Source: Ignavibacteriales bacterium (GTDB taxonomy: Bacteria; Bacteroidota; Ignavibacteria; UBA10030; UBA6906). From it: DNA of 64,000 nt. The stretch lies in assembly GCA_037441705.1 (NCBI GenBank), contig JBBIRR010000019.1, forward strand, positions 8,144 to 72,143. The letters are read 5' to 3'. Of the stretch, positions 19,796 to 30,600 are shown in pieces; the stretch's first letter is position 1; every line of letters starts with the position of its first letter. Below the pieces are notes generated by a model. It was not told the DNA's origin. It saw only the letters and a list, made by a program, of their open reading frames with translations, and did no database searches. The position numbers and the translations under genes are program-made.

Positions 19796-22700
19796 TTAGT
19801 CGAAATCAAATCCGAACAACATCCCGAAATAGAAGCGCCACTCCTTGCCATACTTCACGGGCGTGCCGCGCACATCACGCTCGAAGGCGTTGAACCCGTA
19901 GGATGCGTTGAAGAAGATCCGCGTCGGGTAGGCATACCACGAGAACGTTTCGAGTCGAAGCTCGATGCCGGCATCGCTCTTGAAGTCCTTCAGCTTCGGT
20001 TTCACACTGCTCCATGCATTTCCGATGTCGGCGTAGATCGAGGCGTAGAACTTATCAAAGTAGAACTGCAGGAACCGCACATCAATGTTACCGACGAGGG
20101 GGAAGCGGTACTCGAGTCCCGCCACGGCAATCTCGTTGCCGCTGATGGCATAGAACGGATAGCCCTTCATTCCTACCAGACCGCCGGCATAAAAATCGAA
20201 GAAGCTATCCACGGTCCGTTCGAGAATCGACCCACCGCGAAGTTTGAGTGTGAGTGTATGATTTTTGAAAAAGAATGGCAGATGTTCACGCCAGTTCAGT
20301 TCCACGCGCGTGAAGTTCACCTTCTTGTACACGGGCACGAGTCCGGTCGGGCCAATGGTGTACTCCCCATCGCCATTGAACTTGTTGAGCGAACGAATGA
20401 CGACAAGCTGCACCTTCCTGCCGACGGGATTGATCTCCGAGGTGTTGGATCGAGCAATCTGTTCGAGTGTGTATTTCAATGTCAGATCGTTGGCAATCAA
20501 GTAGAGGTCGCCCGACGCGGGGATGAGGTCGCCGGTTTCCGGATTCCTGAACGTTTCGATCGTGGAGGAGTAGCGGCTGTGTGCGTAGCGGAACTCGAAT
20601 CGTCCAACGTGCGATGGCTGTGCGAGGGCGATATCGAACTCCGTCAGGTTGTACGTGATGTCCACCGGAATGGAGGACGCGGGCAACTCGATCACATTGT
20701 TGGTCTTGCGCGTGACGTTGAACATTTCTAACGTCGCCACCGGCTCCAGGCCGAGCTGGTAGAAAAGCGGCAGCCGCCCGCGATAGTCGAATTGGACGAA
20801 CAGGTCACGCTCCAACTTCGCATTGAACGCCGCGCCGCCGAACATGCTCAGCTTGTCCAGGACGTCGTTCGAAAAGAGGTACAGACCGGCCTTGAATGAC
20901 TCCAGCGCTTTGTTCTTCGTGTTATAGTTATCGAAGCGGATGAACGGAACGAACGAAACGCTCGTGAAGACGTTCCTGTACGGACGCGCTTCGTTGTTGG
21001 GAAGGATCGTGTCATCGTACGATCGCAGTGCCGCCCAATCGAAGGTGTCGGTTGGATCGTCGGGAAACTTTTCGTACACCGGACGCGGCAGGGGGTTGTT
21101 GCTCATCAGCGGCAAGTAGCCGATGTTTTCACCTGCGAGTGGCGCAGGACGTTCCAGGCTGTAGAGCTTGTAGCCTTCGGATGTGTAGTTGGCATAGACG
21201 ACGGTCCCCGCAGCATTGATCGTGGGCATAAACGCCCCGCCCAGCACGTTGGTGATTTGCTCGACGCGTCGGGTAGAAAGATCGAGCAAGTACAGATTGA
21301 AGATCCCGGTCCGGTCGTCGGCAAACAGGATGCGCGAACCATCCGGCGTGAAGACGGCGTTGCGCGAATCATGATCGCCCGTTACCAAAAACTCCATGTC
21401 GCTGCCATCGTCCCGAATCCAGCCTATATCTCTGCCGTCGCGCACCGAATAATCGAACACGATGCGATCACCCGTCGGGCTCCACTTCGGGCCATACACC
21501 TGTTCGCCGTTCTTGAACGTGGTAAGGAAACGCATGTCCGAAGTGTCGGCGTTCATCACGGCAAGGTTCGATGTGCCGTCGGTGCCGACCACGAAGACGA
21601 TCTTCTTGCCGTCCGGAGACACATGCGGGCTTACGGCACGCCTGCCATAGGTCAGGCGCGTTTCTTTCTCGGCTTCGAGATCGTAGACGTACAGATCGGA
21701 CTGGCTGGAAAAGTTCGGGTTGCGTGTGGTGATGCGCGCGTAGTACAGCTTCTTCCCGTCGGGCGACCAGCTCACTTCTTTCCCGACACCGGCGACGAGA
21801 AGCTGGAACTTTCCGCCAAGCTCGCCGACCACGAGTTGCGATTGACCGAGGTACGGCGCCCCCATCGTGCTTACAAAGGCAATCTTTTTTCCATCCGGAG
21901 AAAATGCGGGGTAGAGATTGGCGAATCCCGTTTCCACGAACAGCCCGCAGCGATCTCGATGCGCTTCATCGCGCAGGCCGCGTGTAAGCGTAAACATCGG
22001 CGTTCCCTGCATTCGATCCTTCAGCTTTTCAAACTCCTTTTTATCATCAACAAAAAGAATCGGATGACCTTCTCGCATGTTCGAACGGATCGGAGCAACG
22101 CGTCGTTCGTATTCTTCTTGAACTTCTTGACGCCACTCGTTGTACACCGCTTCGCCGCTCTTGCCGAGCGCGCGCTCGATCGCTCCATCAATCGTCGTTG
22201 CTGTGAGCGACGCGAGGGCGCGCGAGATTTCATTCAGCTTGCCGATGCCGTACTTCTGTGCAATGTAATGCACAAAGGCAAAGCCTGCATTGTAGGACGA
22301 CTCGTTGCCGAGGCTCGTCTTGCCGAAAACCCCCATCTGGTTCCACGTCAGCATGCTATCGTTGAGGGCGTAGGCACGAAGGATCATATCGCGGTGCGAG
22401 TCCCAGAAGTCGTAGCGCAGCTGCGGCCGATTGTACTGCGCAACGCCTTCGGCAAACCACGCGGGGACGAGGAAGCCGGAGATGGGATACGATGCGATGA
22501 CGTTCGGGTACCCATACAACACATCGGGCCGCCGTTCGGATTCGTAGCCGAGCCACTGAAGGTACACGGCCGGCATCCGGCGACCGAACTTCATTGCCGT
22601 CTGAATCTGGACGATGTGCGTGAACTCGTGCGTGATGACGTTGCGCAGCCAGTTGTGCGTCCCACGGAAATCGAAGTCCATGCTCGGCGCCCAAATTTCC

Positions 22701-22999
22701 ACCTTGTTGTCGTAGAAGTATGCCGCGCCGTTCGAATAATCGTCGTAATCCTTGATGATGAAGCTGACCTTCTGGTCGGGCTGATGATTGTACAGTGAGG
22801 TGATAGGCCCGTAGATGTCCTCGGCGATCTTCGCGACAACTCTCCCGGTACGTTCCGCCCCCTGATGATAGTGGACAAGAAAATGTTCCGTCTCTATCGT
22901 TTTCCATTCCAGCTCGGGGTGGTAAACTTCCTGTGAGATCGAAACATGGAAAAGGAAAACGGAAAAAAGAAGGTGATATCTACTCTTTACAAAACCCAT
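19796..22999 (-). CDS. Omp85/BamA-superfamily protein with N-terminal zinc metallopeptidase and TolB-like PD40 propellers
   Basis: THEFTH...WFAEGVAQY gluzincin motif; repeated SPDGKK; C-terminal barrel FYAGG..MKGY, AGLEYRFPL, DAGIELR. Confidence 0.8.
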   Translation of the reverse strand: MGFVKSRYHLLFSVFLFHVSISQEVYHPELEWKTIETEHFLVHYHQGAERTGRVVAKIAEDIYGPITSLYNHQPDQKVSFIIKDYDDYSNGAAYFYDNKVEIWAPSMDFDFRGTHNWLRNVITHEFTHIVQIQTAMKFGRRMPAVYLQWLGYESERRPDVLYGYPNVIASYPISGFLVPAWFAEGVAQYNRPQLRYDFWDSHRDMILRAYALNDSMLTWNQMGVFGKTSLGNESSYNAGFAFVHYIAQKYGIGKLNEISRALASLTATTIDGAIERALGKSGEAVYNEWRQEVQEEYERRVAPIRSNMREGHPILFVDDKKEFEKLKDRMQGTPMFTLTRGLRDEAHRDRCGLFVETGFANLYPAFSPDGKKIAFVSTMGAPYLGQSQLVVGELGGKFQLLVAGVGKEVSWSPDGKKLYYARITTRNPNFSSQSDLYVYDLEAEKETRLTYGRRAVSPHVSPDGKKIVFVVGTDGTSNLAVMNADTSDMRFLTTFKNGEQVYGPKWSPTGDRIVFDYSVRDGRDIGWIRDDGSDMEFLVTGDHDSRNAVFTPDGSRILFADDRTGIFNLYLLDLSTRRVEQITNVLGGAFMPTINAAGTVVYANYTSEGYKLYSLERPAPLAGENIGYLPLMSNNPLPRPVYEKFPDDPTDTFDWAALRSYDDTILPNNEARPYRNVFTSVSFVPFIRFDNYNTKNKALESFKAGLYLFSNDVLDKLSMFGGAAFNAKLERDLFVQFDYRGRLPLFYQLGLEPVATLEMFNVTRKTNNVIELPASSIPVDITYNLTEFDIALAQPSHVGRFEFRYAHSRYSSTIETFRNPETGDLIPASGDLYLIANDLTLKYTLEQIARSNTSEINPVGRKVQLVVIRSLNKFNGDGEYTIGPTGLVPVYKKVNFTRVELNWREHLPFFFKNHTLTLKLRGGSILERTVDSFFDFYAGGLVGMKGYPFYAISGNEIAVAGLEYRFPLVGNIDVRFLQFYFDKFYASIYADIGNAWSSVKPKLKDFKSDAGIELRLETFSWYAYPTRIFFNASYGFNAFERDVRGTPVKYGKEWRFYFGMLFGFDFD

Positions 23000-23171
23000 T
23001 TCGCTCAAAGCTCTTTATCGGTAGTATACTCCGGTTCATCATCGGAGTACGGTGATGAGCAAGTTGGTGTTTGGCTTCAGATCGAACTGCTCGTCGAGTA
23101 AGATCTGTTTGCCGTCATAGTGACCGTGCAACGTTATGTTTGCCATTTGCCATTCTCCGCGCCGTGTTTGT

Positions 23172-26100
23172 TTACTTCACTACCGCCACCTTTACGATCG
23201 CCACTTCGCTTTTGCCTCCGCTGCTTGCCTCAATACGTGCGAGGTACACACCGCTCTGGACATCTGCAACGTTCCACTCCACCTCATTATCAACGCCGCC
23301 GACGCCGGGGCCGTTCATCTCCGTAACCACATCACCCGCCAGATCAAATATCTTGATTTTTACGGTCGCATTCTCGCTCACGAAGTACCGGATGAACGTT
23401 CTGCCGCCGTAGGCCGGGTTGGGCCAGTTGTAGGCGCGCTCTTTAGGAAAGAACGTCGTGCCGAGCGGAGTGCCGGTCAGTTCGTCGATCGTCAATCCGG
23501 TGTGGCGTGCATCCGACTGAAACTGCTGCCACTCGGAACCGTGCAGCAAGTGGGCTGCCGGGCCTGTCCTGCCCGTCCACCACGCGCTGAGCGAAGCATC
23601 TTCGGATGAGGCAATCACAAGGCCAAGCTGATCGAACTGCGACCCTTCCACCGGGGTGGCGAATGCCGCGACAGACTGCCCACCTCGACCGGCCTGCAAC
23701 GGAAAACCGGGTGCCATGGCTCCGCTGCGGTTATACGCAACGACGACTCCGCTGCGCGTTACGCCCACAATCTCCACGTTGCCATCGCCGTCAACGTCGG
23801 CCACGATGGGATGCGATGCGAGTTCTTCATTGTCCGGCAAGGATTTGGGAAAATTGTCGAGCATTGCACCGGCGTAGTTCATCACGAACATGTTTCGCGT
23901 TCCGAACACAACGATGTCCCGGTTGCCATCGCCGTCAACATCGGCAAGTGCAGGAGGAGAGATGACTGCCTCACGGAGATCAACGGGGAAACCCGGCAAA
24001 GGCGTAAAGCCGAGATCGTGCACTTGCACGCGCCCCGCGGCTGAGACTCTTGCCACCACCAGCGGATATCGTGCATTGATGCGTCCGACAACCGGCGTTC
24101 CGACAGCAGGCGTCGAGGATGGTGAACTCGGTTGTGAAGGTGAAGAAATCGACGCCAGGTTGGTTCCCACTCGTCCTGCCGCTGTCGTAAAGACGAGGCC
24201 TGTGGAAGAATTCACCGCGGCAAGGCCTGCAACATCCGATGTATCGTCGGTGATGAAGATGCTGTCAAGTCGAAATCCGTTGATGAAGAGCATGTAGAGT
24301 GTTGCTCGCGAAGCGCCGAAGGCGATGATGGAATCGGTTATGAGGGGAGATGTTGTGGGACGGCGCGTCAGCGGCACGGCAAGAAGCTCTTGAGCCAGAC
24401 TGTCCAACGGCCGCGGGAATGGCCGATAGATATGCAGCACGCCGCCCGTGGAGTTCTCCTCTGCTATCACCAGTTCGTTGGATCCATCCCTGTCAATGTC
24501 CGCAACTGCCGGCGCACCCACGAACGGTCCACCGGGCACCGGAGCCGGACCTCCAGCGCGCGCAAAAAGTCCGTTACCAAACAGCGGCCTCCCATCAACT
24601 CTCCATGCGTACAACTCACCACTCAGACCGACGGTCTGAATCGGTTCACGAGTGGGACGCACGGCCGTGGCTTTGGTTGTGGCGACAAAAATTGCCAGCG
24701 AGTCCTGAGGTCGAATCGGAGCCACCGTTACCGATGGATGCGCCCACTGCAGAGCTGCTTGTTTGGGAAAGCCGGCAAGCGGCTTGACGGTTTCGCCCAC
24801 GAGGACGCGAGCCGTCATCGTTGGCCCGCGCGGACTAAAATCCCTGATCGTGATATGACTTTTCGCCCCACTGTTGCTCAGGCTGCTAGGGTAGCTCGTC
24901 GCCGAAAACTCATTGCGAAAGACCGGCGACGCATTCCCTTGATACCAGAAATCGAGTGCCGTGCCTTCCTCGCTGCCGCTGCCCGGATCGAACTGGCCAT
25001 AGCGCTGACCGATATCCTGCGAGCCGTCGGCCTCTTCGAGGTCAACGCCGCGGCGATTGGGATTCGCATTCACGCCGTTGGTGCGCAATCCCTGCGCAAT
25101 CACATTCTCGTCAATGTGCCAGATGAGGATGCCGCCATCAAAGAACTCGCCGGAGGGGCCGACGCCGCCCGGCAGACTGAAATCGAACTCATCAACATCA
25201 ATCACGTTGCCCCGAAGGGCCGACACATCGAACGCGTTGAAGCCCGTCGTATCGCGTGCGAATGATTGCTGGCGCAGAACGCCGCCGTAGCGGGTCGTCA
25301 CACGCGTTCCGTCCCTGTGCGCATCGCGATTCCGATTCTCCATCAGATAATACTCTGATCCGCTGATGGGAAGACGATAGACCGTATCCGCGCGTGTAAC
25401 GGCGGGAAGCTCGACAACGTGTTCACCCGCGCCGAGCACCATCGGCTCGATCCATCCAAGCCAGTACTTTTCCCAGGCCGACGGTGCCGGCGGGAAAGCG
25501 CCTGCGAAGCTGAAAATCGCCTGACCGTCCATCAGCCCGAATCTGCCGATGCCCGAACGCCCGGTGTTGGTATCGAACAGGTCGGGCAGGCCGAGAAAGT
25601 TGCCGACCGATGCGCAGAGCAAGCCGTTGATGCCGAGACGCAGCAAAACATTCTGCGGCGTTGCGGGAATCTCCCGCGTTTCCGTCTCGGGCATGATGAT
25701 GGTGTTGGTGATTTTGAATCCGTTCCGTACCGGAATGCCTTCGAAGGTCGCGCCGTAGAATTCCTTGAACGCATTCAGCCCGAGATAGAGAGAGGGGATG
25801 TCGCGCGGCGTCGGATCGTAGCCGACGATACTGACCAGATCAACATCTCTACCAGCACCGGCATGAAACACGATGAAGCAGTTGTACTGCGAGAAGTCCT
25901 GCACCAGGCCCGACGCATCCACAAGCTGCCAGGTGTCGCGAGCAAGGTCGCCGACCGCCGTGTTCGGTCCGGTTTTGGGCGGACTGTAGCGCGCCATCGC
26001 ATTCTGAAGTGTGAACACCGAATCAACCAACGTCGCACGAATCAGCACGTTCCCCTTCGAGACATTGCTGTAGTAGTTCGCCAGAAACGTAAGATGATCC

Positions 26101-26372
26101 TGGAAGTATTGGCGGTTGTGCGGCGGCGCGTCGAGGCCCGGTTCAGCGGGAGTCGAAAGATCGAACTGTCCGTTGCCGCTGGTCCCGATGTCGTTATCAA
26201 TCTGGAACTGAACCATGACGGCAAGAATGTTCACCGTGTCCACGCCCAACGAGGACATGCGTGGGCTGGAAAAGGCATCATCCCGCGAGACCATCAGCGG
26301 ATGACTTAATCGCTGGGCAATAACGGAAGTGGTGAAGAGAAGGGTAAGAAGAAGGTATTTCGTCAGAGTCAT
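23172..26372 (-). CDS. T9SS cargo: M6 (immune inhibitor A)-like domain + FG-GAP repeats + type A CTD
   Basis: FIVFHAG, LGLPDLFD, GILIWHIDE; ADVDGDG repeats; CTD NWPNP...IFDLAG...SGVYL...VAVVK. Confidence 0.8.
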   Translation of the reverse strand: MTLTKYLLLTLLFTTSVIAQRLSHPLMVSRDDAFSSPRMSSLGVDTVNILAVMVQFQIDNDIGTSGNGQFDLSTPAEPGLDAPPHNRQYFQDHLTFLANYYSNVSKGNVLIRATLVDSVFTLQNAMARYSPPKTGPNTAVGDLARDTWQLVDASGLVQDFSQYNCFIVFHAGAGRDVDLVSIVGYDPTPRDIPSLYLGLNAFKEFYGATFEGIPVRNGFKITNTIIMPETETREIPATPQNVLLRLGINGLLCASVGNFLGLPDLFDTNTGRSGIGRFGLMDGQAIFSFAGAFPPAPSAWEKYWLGWIEPMVLGAGEHVVELPAVTRADTVYRLPISGSEYYLMENRNRDAHRDGTRVTTRYGGVLRQQSFARDTTGFNAFDVSALRGNVIDVDEFDFSLPGGVGPSGEFFDGGILIWHIDENVIAQGLRTNGVNANPNRRGVDLEEADGSQDIGQRYGQFDPGSGSEEGTALDFWYQGNASPVFRNEFSATSYPSSLSNSGAKSHITIRDFSPRGPTMTARVLVGETVKPLAGFPKQAALQWAHPSVTVAPIRPQDSLAIFVATTKATAVRPTREPIQTVGLSGELYAWRVDGRPLFGNGLFARAGGPAPVPGGPFVGAPAVADIDRDGSNELVIAEENSTGGVLHIYRPFPRPLDSLAQELLAVPLTRRPTTSPLITDSIIAFGASRATLYMLFINGFRLDSIFITDDTSDVAGLAAVNSSTGLVFTTAAGRVGTNLASISSPSQPSSPSSTPAVGTPVVGRINARYPLVVARVSAAGRVQVHDLGFTPLPGFPVDLREAVISPPALADVDGDGNRDIVVFGTRNMFVMNYAGAMLDNFPKSLPDNEELASHPIVADVDGDGNVEIVGVTRSGVVVAYNRSGAMAPGFPLQAGRGGQSVAAFATPVEGSQFDQLGLVIASSEDASLSAWWTGRTGPAAHLLHGSEWQQFQSDARHTGLTIDELTGTPLGTTFFPKERAYNWPNPAYGGRTFIRYFVSENATVKIKIFDLAGDVVTEMNGPGVGGVDNEVEWNVADVQSGVYLARIEASSGGKSEVAIVKVAVVK

Positions 26373-26448
26373 TGCGCTTTGGTATCAGCAAATAGAAGGA
26401 GGTTCTCGTCCGGGACTGTGGAGCCCACAGTCCCGCGACGAGCGAGCA

Positions 26449-27597
26449 TCATCCCGGGGTCGCACCGCCCCAGCCAATCAGCAACGAAAAGCGGATGGTG
26501 TCGGAAAGCGGATGCCCTTCGGCAGCAGAGATGTAGCTGAAGTCGAATCCAAAGATGTCGTAGCGCAGTCCCGCTCCGAACGTCCAGAAGTTTCTGTTGC
26601 CGAAGCTCGGGTCTTCGAAGAAGTGTCCGATACGCAGCGCAATCAATCGCGGCGAGCCGTACCAGTACTCCGCTCCCATGCTCACGTTGATCTTGCGGAG
26701 GCCGCTGCCGTCGCCCCACGCGGTGAAGAGGGATTTGGGAAGAGGATCGACCGACGCTTTTTGAATGACGCGCCGCTGGCCTCCCGTCGTATCAACAATT
26801 TCGGGGTAGCGCCGAACAAGCAGTCTGCTGAAGTCCACCGAATACTGCAGGCTGTTGTACTCGTCCTCGAACAGCTTGTAGCCAAAGCCAAGGCGCAGTT
26901 GCGTCGGTAGCGGATCGGCTTGCGACGCATCAATGTAGGTTACTTTGGGGCCGAGGTTGGAGAGATTGAATCCCATGCTGAACTTCTTGTCGAGCCAATC
27001 GATATCGAGGTCGAACGGGCGCCACATCATGGCGATGTCGAAGCTGACGGTATTGGCAACGCCTGCCCCTTGCTCCTGTGCCGTTCCCAGCGGCGAGAGC
27101 GAGCTGCGGATGAAGCGTCCGTTGATGCCGAGGCCGAGATCATCGAACACCTTCGTTGCGTAGCCGACGGTCACGGCAAATTCATACGCTTTGAACTTCC
27201 CCTCCTCGACACCGGAGGAGTTCGTTCGGATAAACTCTCCGAGGTTCAGGTAGGTGATGCTCGCCCCGATGGTTCCTCCGATGCTGGGGATATCATTTCG
27301 GTAGTTCAGATATTCATAAAAGAGATCAGACAACCCGAATTGGGGAAGCCAGTTGGCATGGGTGAGCGTGATTTCTTGCCCCGTGAGAAACGCCAGCGCC
27401 CCCGGATTCCAGAACAGCGCCGAGGCATCATCCACCGAGCCGGTGCCGGTTTCGCCGATGCCCGCGGCGCGTGAGTTCGGTGCAATCAGCAAGAACGGCA
27501 CAGCCGACTCGCCCTGCGCTTCTGCCACCGTCGGTGCCAACGCACCAACCAGGAGAGCAAGTGCACAGATGACCGTAGCAGTTGCGATTGGTTTCAT
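26449..27597 (-). CDS. porV: T9SS outer-membrane shuttle PorV
   Basis: AVPFLLIAPNSRAAGIG, FWNPG, NLSNLGPK, LPTQLRLG, FDFSY, PLSDTIRFSL; AGGAGG RBS. Confidence 0.9.
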   Translation of the reverse strand: MKPIATATVICALALLVGALAPTVAEAQGESAVPFLLIAPNSRAAGIGETGTGSVDDASALFWNPGALAFLTGQEITLTHANWLPQFGLSDLFYEYLNYRNDIPSIGGTIGASITYLNLGEFIRTNSSGVEEGKFKAYEFAVTVGYATKVFDDLGLGINGRFIRSSLSPLGTAQEQGAGVANTVSFDIAMMWRPFDLDIDWLDKKFSMGFNLSNLGPKVTYIDASQADPLPTQLRLGFGYKLFEDEYNSLQYSVDFSRLLVRRYPEIVDTTGGQRRVIQKASVDPLPKSLFTAWGDGSGLRKINVSMGAEYWYGSPRLIALRIGHFFEDPSFGNRNFWTFGAGLRYDIFGFDFSYISAAEGHPLSDTIRFSLLIGWGGATPG

Positions 27598-27655
27598 GAA
27601 AGTTCTCCTCCTGAAATGTTTCGTATCATGCATTCTCGTTTCCTCGACTCGTTTC

Positions 27656-30600
27656 TCAGCGTGCAATGGCAAGCTTCCCCAACACCTCGCTGGTGAATCT
27701 CCCATCCACGGTTCGGACAATAAGCTTGTATAAATATATACCATTTGCCAATTCATCACCATCGCGGTCCCGGCCATCCCAGGGAATCTTCACAAAGGAC
27801 TCGGCAACACCGAACGCCTCGATCGTCTGAATCAGCCGTCCGGCTACGGTATACACCTTCACAGTGGCATTCACCGGTACTGCCTGGTTATGCCGGAAGG
27901 TGAACGCCGTAGACCTCGTGAATGGATTGGGGTAGTTCATCACATCAACGACGGCCAGCTGGTCGCTGGAACGAACGTCGAAGTATGTCTCAGCGGTATT
28001 GGCATTATTGTACGTATCCCATGCGCGTACCCTGATGGTATTTCGTCCCGGCGGCAGATCGCGCAGCGGGTAGGTCACCGTTCCGGCCTGGAAGTTATCA
28101 ACCTTGCTTGTGTAGAATTCCGTCATGTCCTTGCTTTCGGGACTGTTGTTGATCCACGCCTCAATTCTATGACCGATGCCTGCCGTCGAAGTGTTGATAC
28201 CGCTCGAGTCGATGAGGTCAACAAACAGCGTAGGATTCTCATTCACAACGCTGCCCGGATGAAACGAGAGACTGCTTTCGTACGTGGGGCCAAGATAGAT
28301 TCTGATCGCCGGCCCGACGCTATCGCCGGGCGCGCTCGGGTCGCTTCCGCCCACCCAGATTTTGTTCGTGTACCCGACACCGTTGTTGTTGTCGTTGTCC
28401 GTGTAGAATGCCACGAGGCGGCCTCGCGTGGATGAATCCGCGTAGGCGATGTCCTTCGGAACGATGAAGGTTGCCGTGAATCGGCCGTTGGCTACGGAGT
28501 TGAGTCCGCGGTAGATCAGTCCGCCGGGTGCGCGGTACGTAAAGGGTCCGTTGTAGAACGTGGGGATCGTGATGGAGCGCGTCGCATCATTCACGATCAG
28601 CGTAAGCTGGCCGCGGGCATTCGGCTCGATAGCATTCGTCTCGGTCCTGACCGCTCCCGTAACGGTGATGCGCGCCAGCGAGCGAAGCTGGATGGGACTG
28701 ATCCTCGGCTGCCCGTCAGCAGAGTCCACCGATTGAGCATTGATGGTATCAATCGAGACGAATCCGCGCGGGTATTGAAGACGCATTGTCGGATCGCCTA
28801 ACAGCAGGTACTTTTCGTCGTTATCGTTGTTGTTGGTTTGTTTGAACAGATAGATGGCGGTTGCGACGCGCTCGACTCTCACTCGTCCAAACGGATCGAG
28901 AGAAAACATGTTCGCGTAAATACCGCGATTGAGATAGTAGTTCTGATCGGCGAACACTTTGCGCGAGGCCGAGACAACCCCGATCGCGCCGCCGTTCTGT
29001 TTGTTGATCAGCAGTTCGGCCCCTGTATAGCGCTTGGGGTCGTCGTACTGCGAGAAGTTACACGTCGCAGCGAAAAACATACTGAGCTTGTCACCGTTCG
29101 TCAGAAGAGGGATCGAAGTATTGACGTGGAAGACGTTCTCGTGCGTCCACACTGTGGGATTGCCGTGGCCCGTGAAGTTCACAATCAGAGCCCCGCGGTT
29201 GATTTCGTCAATGATGTCCTGATATGCGCCCGGCTTGCGCCGCCCTTGGGACGTTTGAACCGCGGGATACTCTTCCAGGTAGATTTTCCTCCTTTCAAAG
29301 ATATCGGGCGTGAACTGCTCGGCAAGCGATTCTGCCTGCGCAGTGTGGAGCGACCCCTCTTCGCCTCGCGGGTTTTCGGGCGTCCACCCGTCATCGGCAA
29401 CGACGACGATCCGGGTTCGCCATTGCCCGCGAGCCGAGCGCTCCTCGTAGCCGATGATCTTGTCCACCACGAGATTCGCTTCACTCACCGTGCGGGCATT
29501 CAGCCGCGCCGAAATGAAGAACGGCGCCCGCGACGTCGTGATGCGCGTGAAGAAATCGTCCGTGCAGGAGCTGTACACATCGTTAAATGGGTAGTCGGTG
29601 GTTTGCCATGTGGGGACGAAGCTGCTTCGCGTACCGAGAAGGCCTTTGTAATCGTACGAGGCTGCGCCTAAGAACAGCACGAACCGCGGCGGACTTTGCG
29701 GCGTCCAGTTGTAGTAGGCATACCTGAGGAAGTCGCGGATCGCGGAAACATCAGGCACGCCGTGACTGAACTCGTTGTAAATCTGATCGACCGTAACGAC
29801 AAGCGTGCGCAAGCCGCCGTAAGCCTGCTGTGCGCGGAAATCCTTCAGCCGGTTTGCCGCGCCTCGATATTCATCCGACGTGATAATAATGAAGTCGTAT
29901 TGCTCGCCAATGCCGTGGAGGTTCTGGTTGGCAATGCTGACCGCCGCGAGAGGCTGCTTGTAAGCAGATGACGTCAGAGCAAAGTATTCCGACACCCGTC
30001 CGCCGATTTCCTCCGCCTTGAACACACCTCCGGACGCCGCGACGCGCATAACGTTCGCCGGATCCGTAACATTGAACACCGACGCCGCGCCCGAGAACGC
30101 TCCGAGCCGGTATTCCACTACGGCCGCCGTATCGGGCGAACGGAAGCGCAGTGCATCGTTCACAGGATCGAACGACCGCTGATAGAGAATCTCCACCCAA
30201 TCGAGATAGCCGCTCGCGCCTGCTGCTGTCGTTCTGTACTCGAAGCGCAACTGACTTGTGCTGCCGGACAGAGGATACGCCCCGGTCACTTCAAAGGTCG
30301 CCCGCGTGGCGAGATCCCATCCGCCGATTGGAGGCAAGCCGTGCTCGCCAATCGTCGCCGTCCCTTCCCGCACGGTGAATGTTGCCGATGCCTGTGAGCT
30401 TGAGACCAGCGCGTAGCGATACACCCGCGGCTCACTCGCAATCACCCCGGGCAGGGAAAGCGTGCGAACATACGCCCCGTTCGGATCAATCTGCGGACCC
30501 ACCCAGTCCTTACCCGACCGAACAATGTTGATCGTGTCCGGCTCAATAAATGATGCATCGAGGAATCGAGTAGGAACAACCGTTGCCGGGGCTGCGGGAG

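Noticed and set aside
21257-22798. 513-aa antisense ORF (similar cases at 14622-15704, 15995-17272, 36988-38094, 45716-46780, 57612-58865)
   Set aside because: Shadow ORFs opposite well-supported genes in GC-rich DNA, with no recognisable motifs.
23027-23060. Two overlapping hairpins upstream of the Omp85 gene (TACTCCG-N9-CGGAGTA and an alternative stem)
   Set aside because: The alternative stem is good only on the non-coding strand and there is no U tract; too weak to call a switch.
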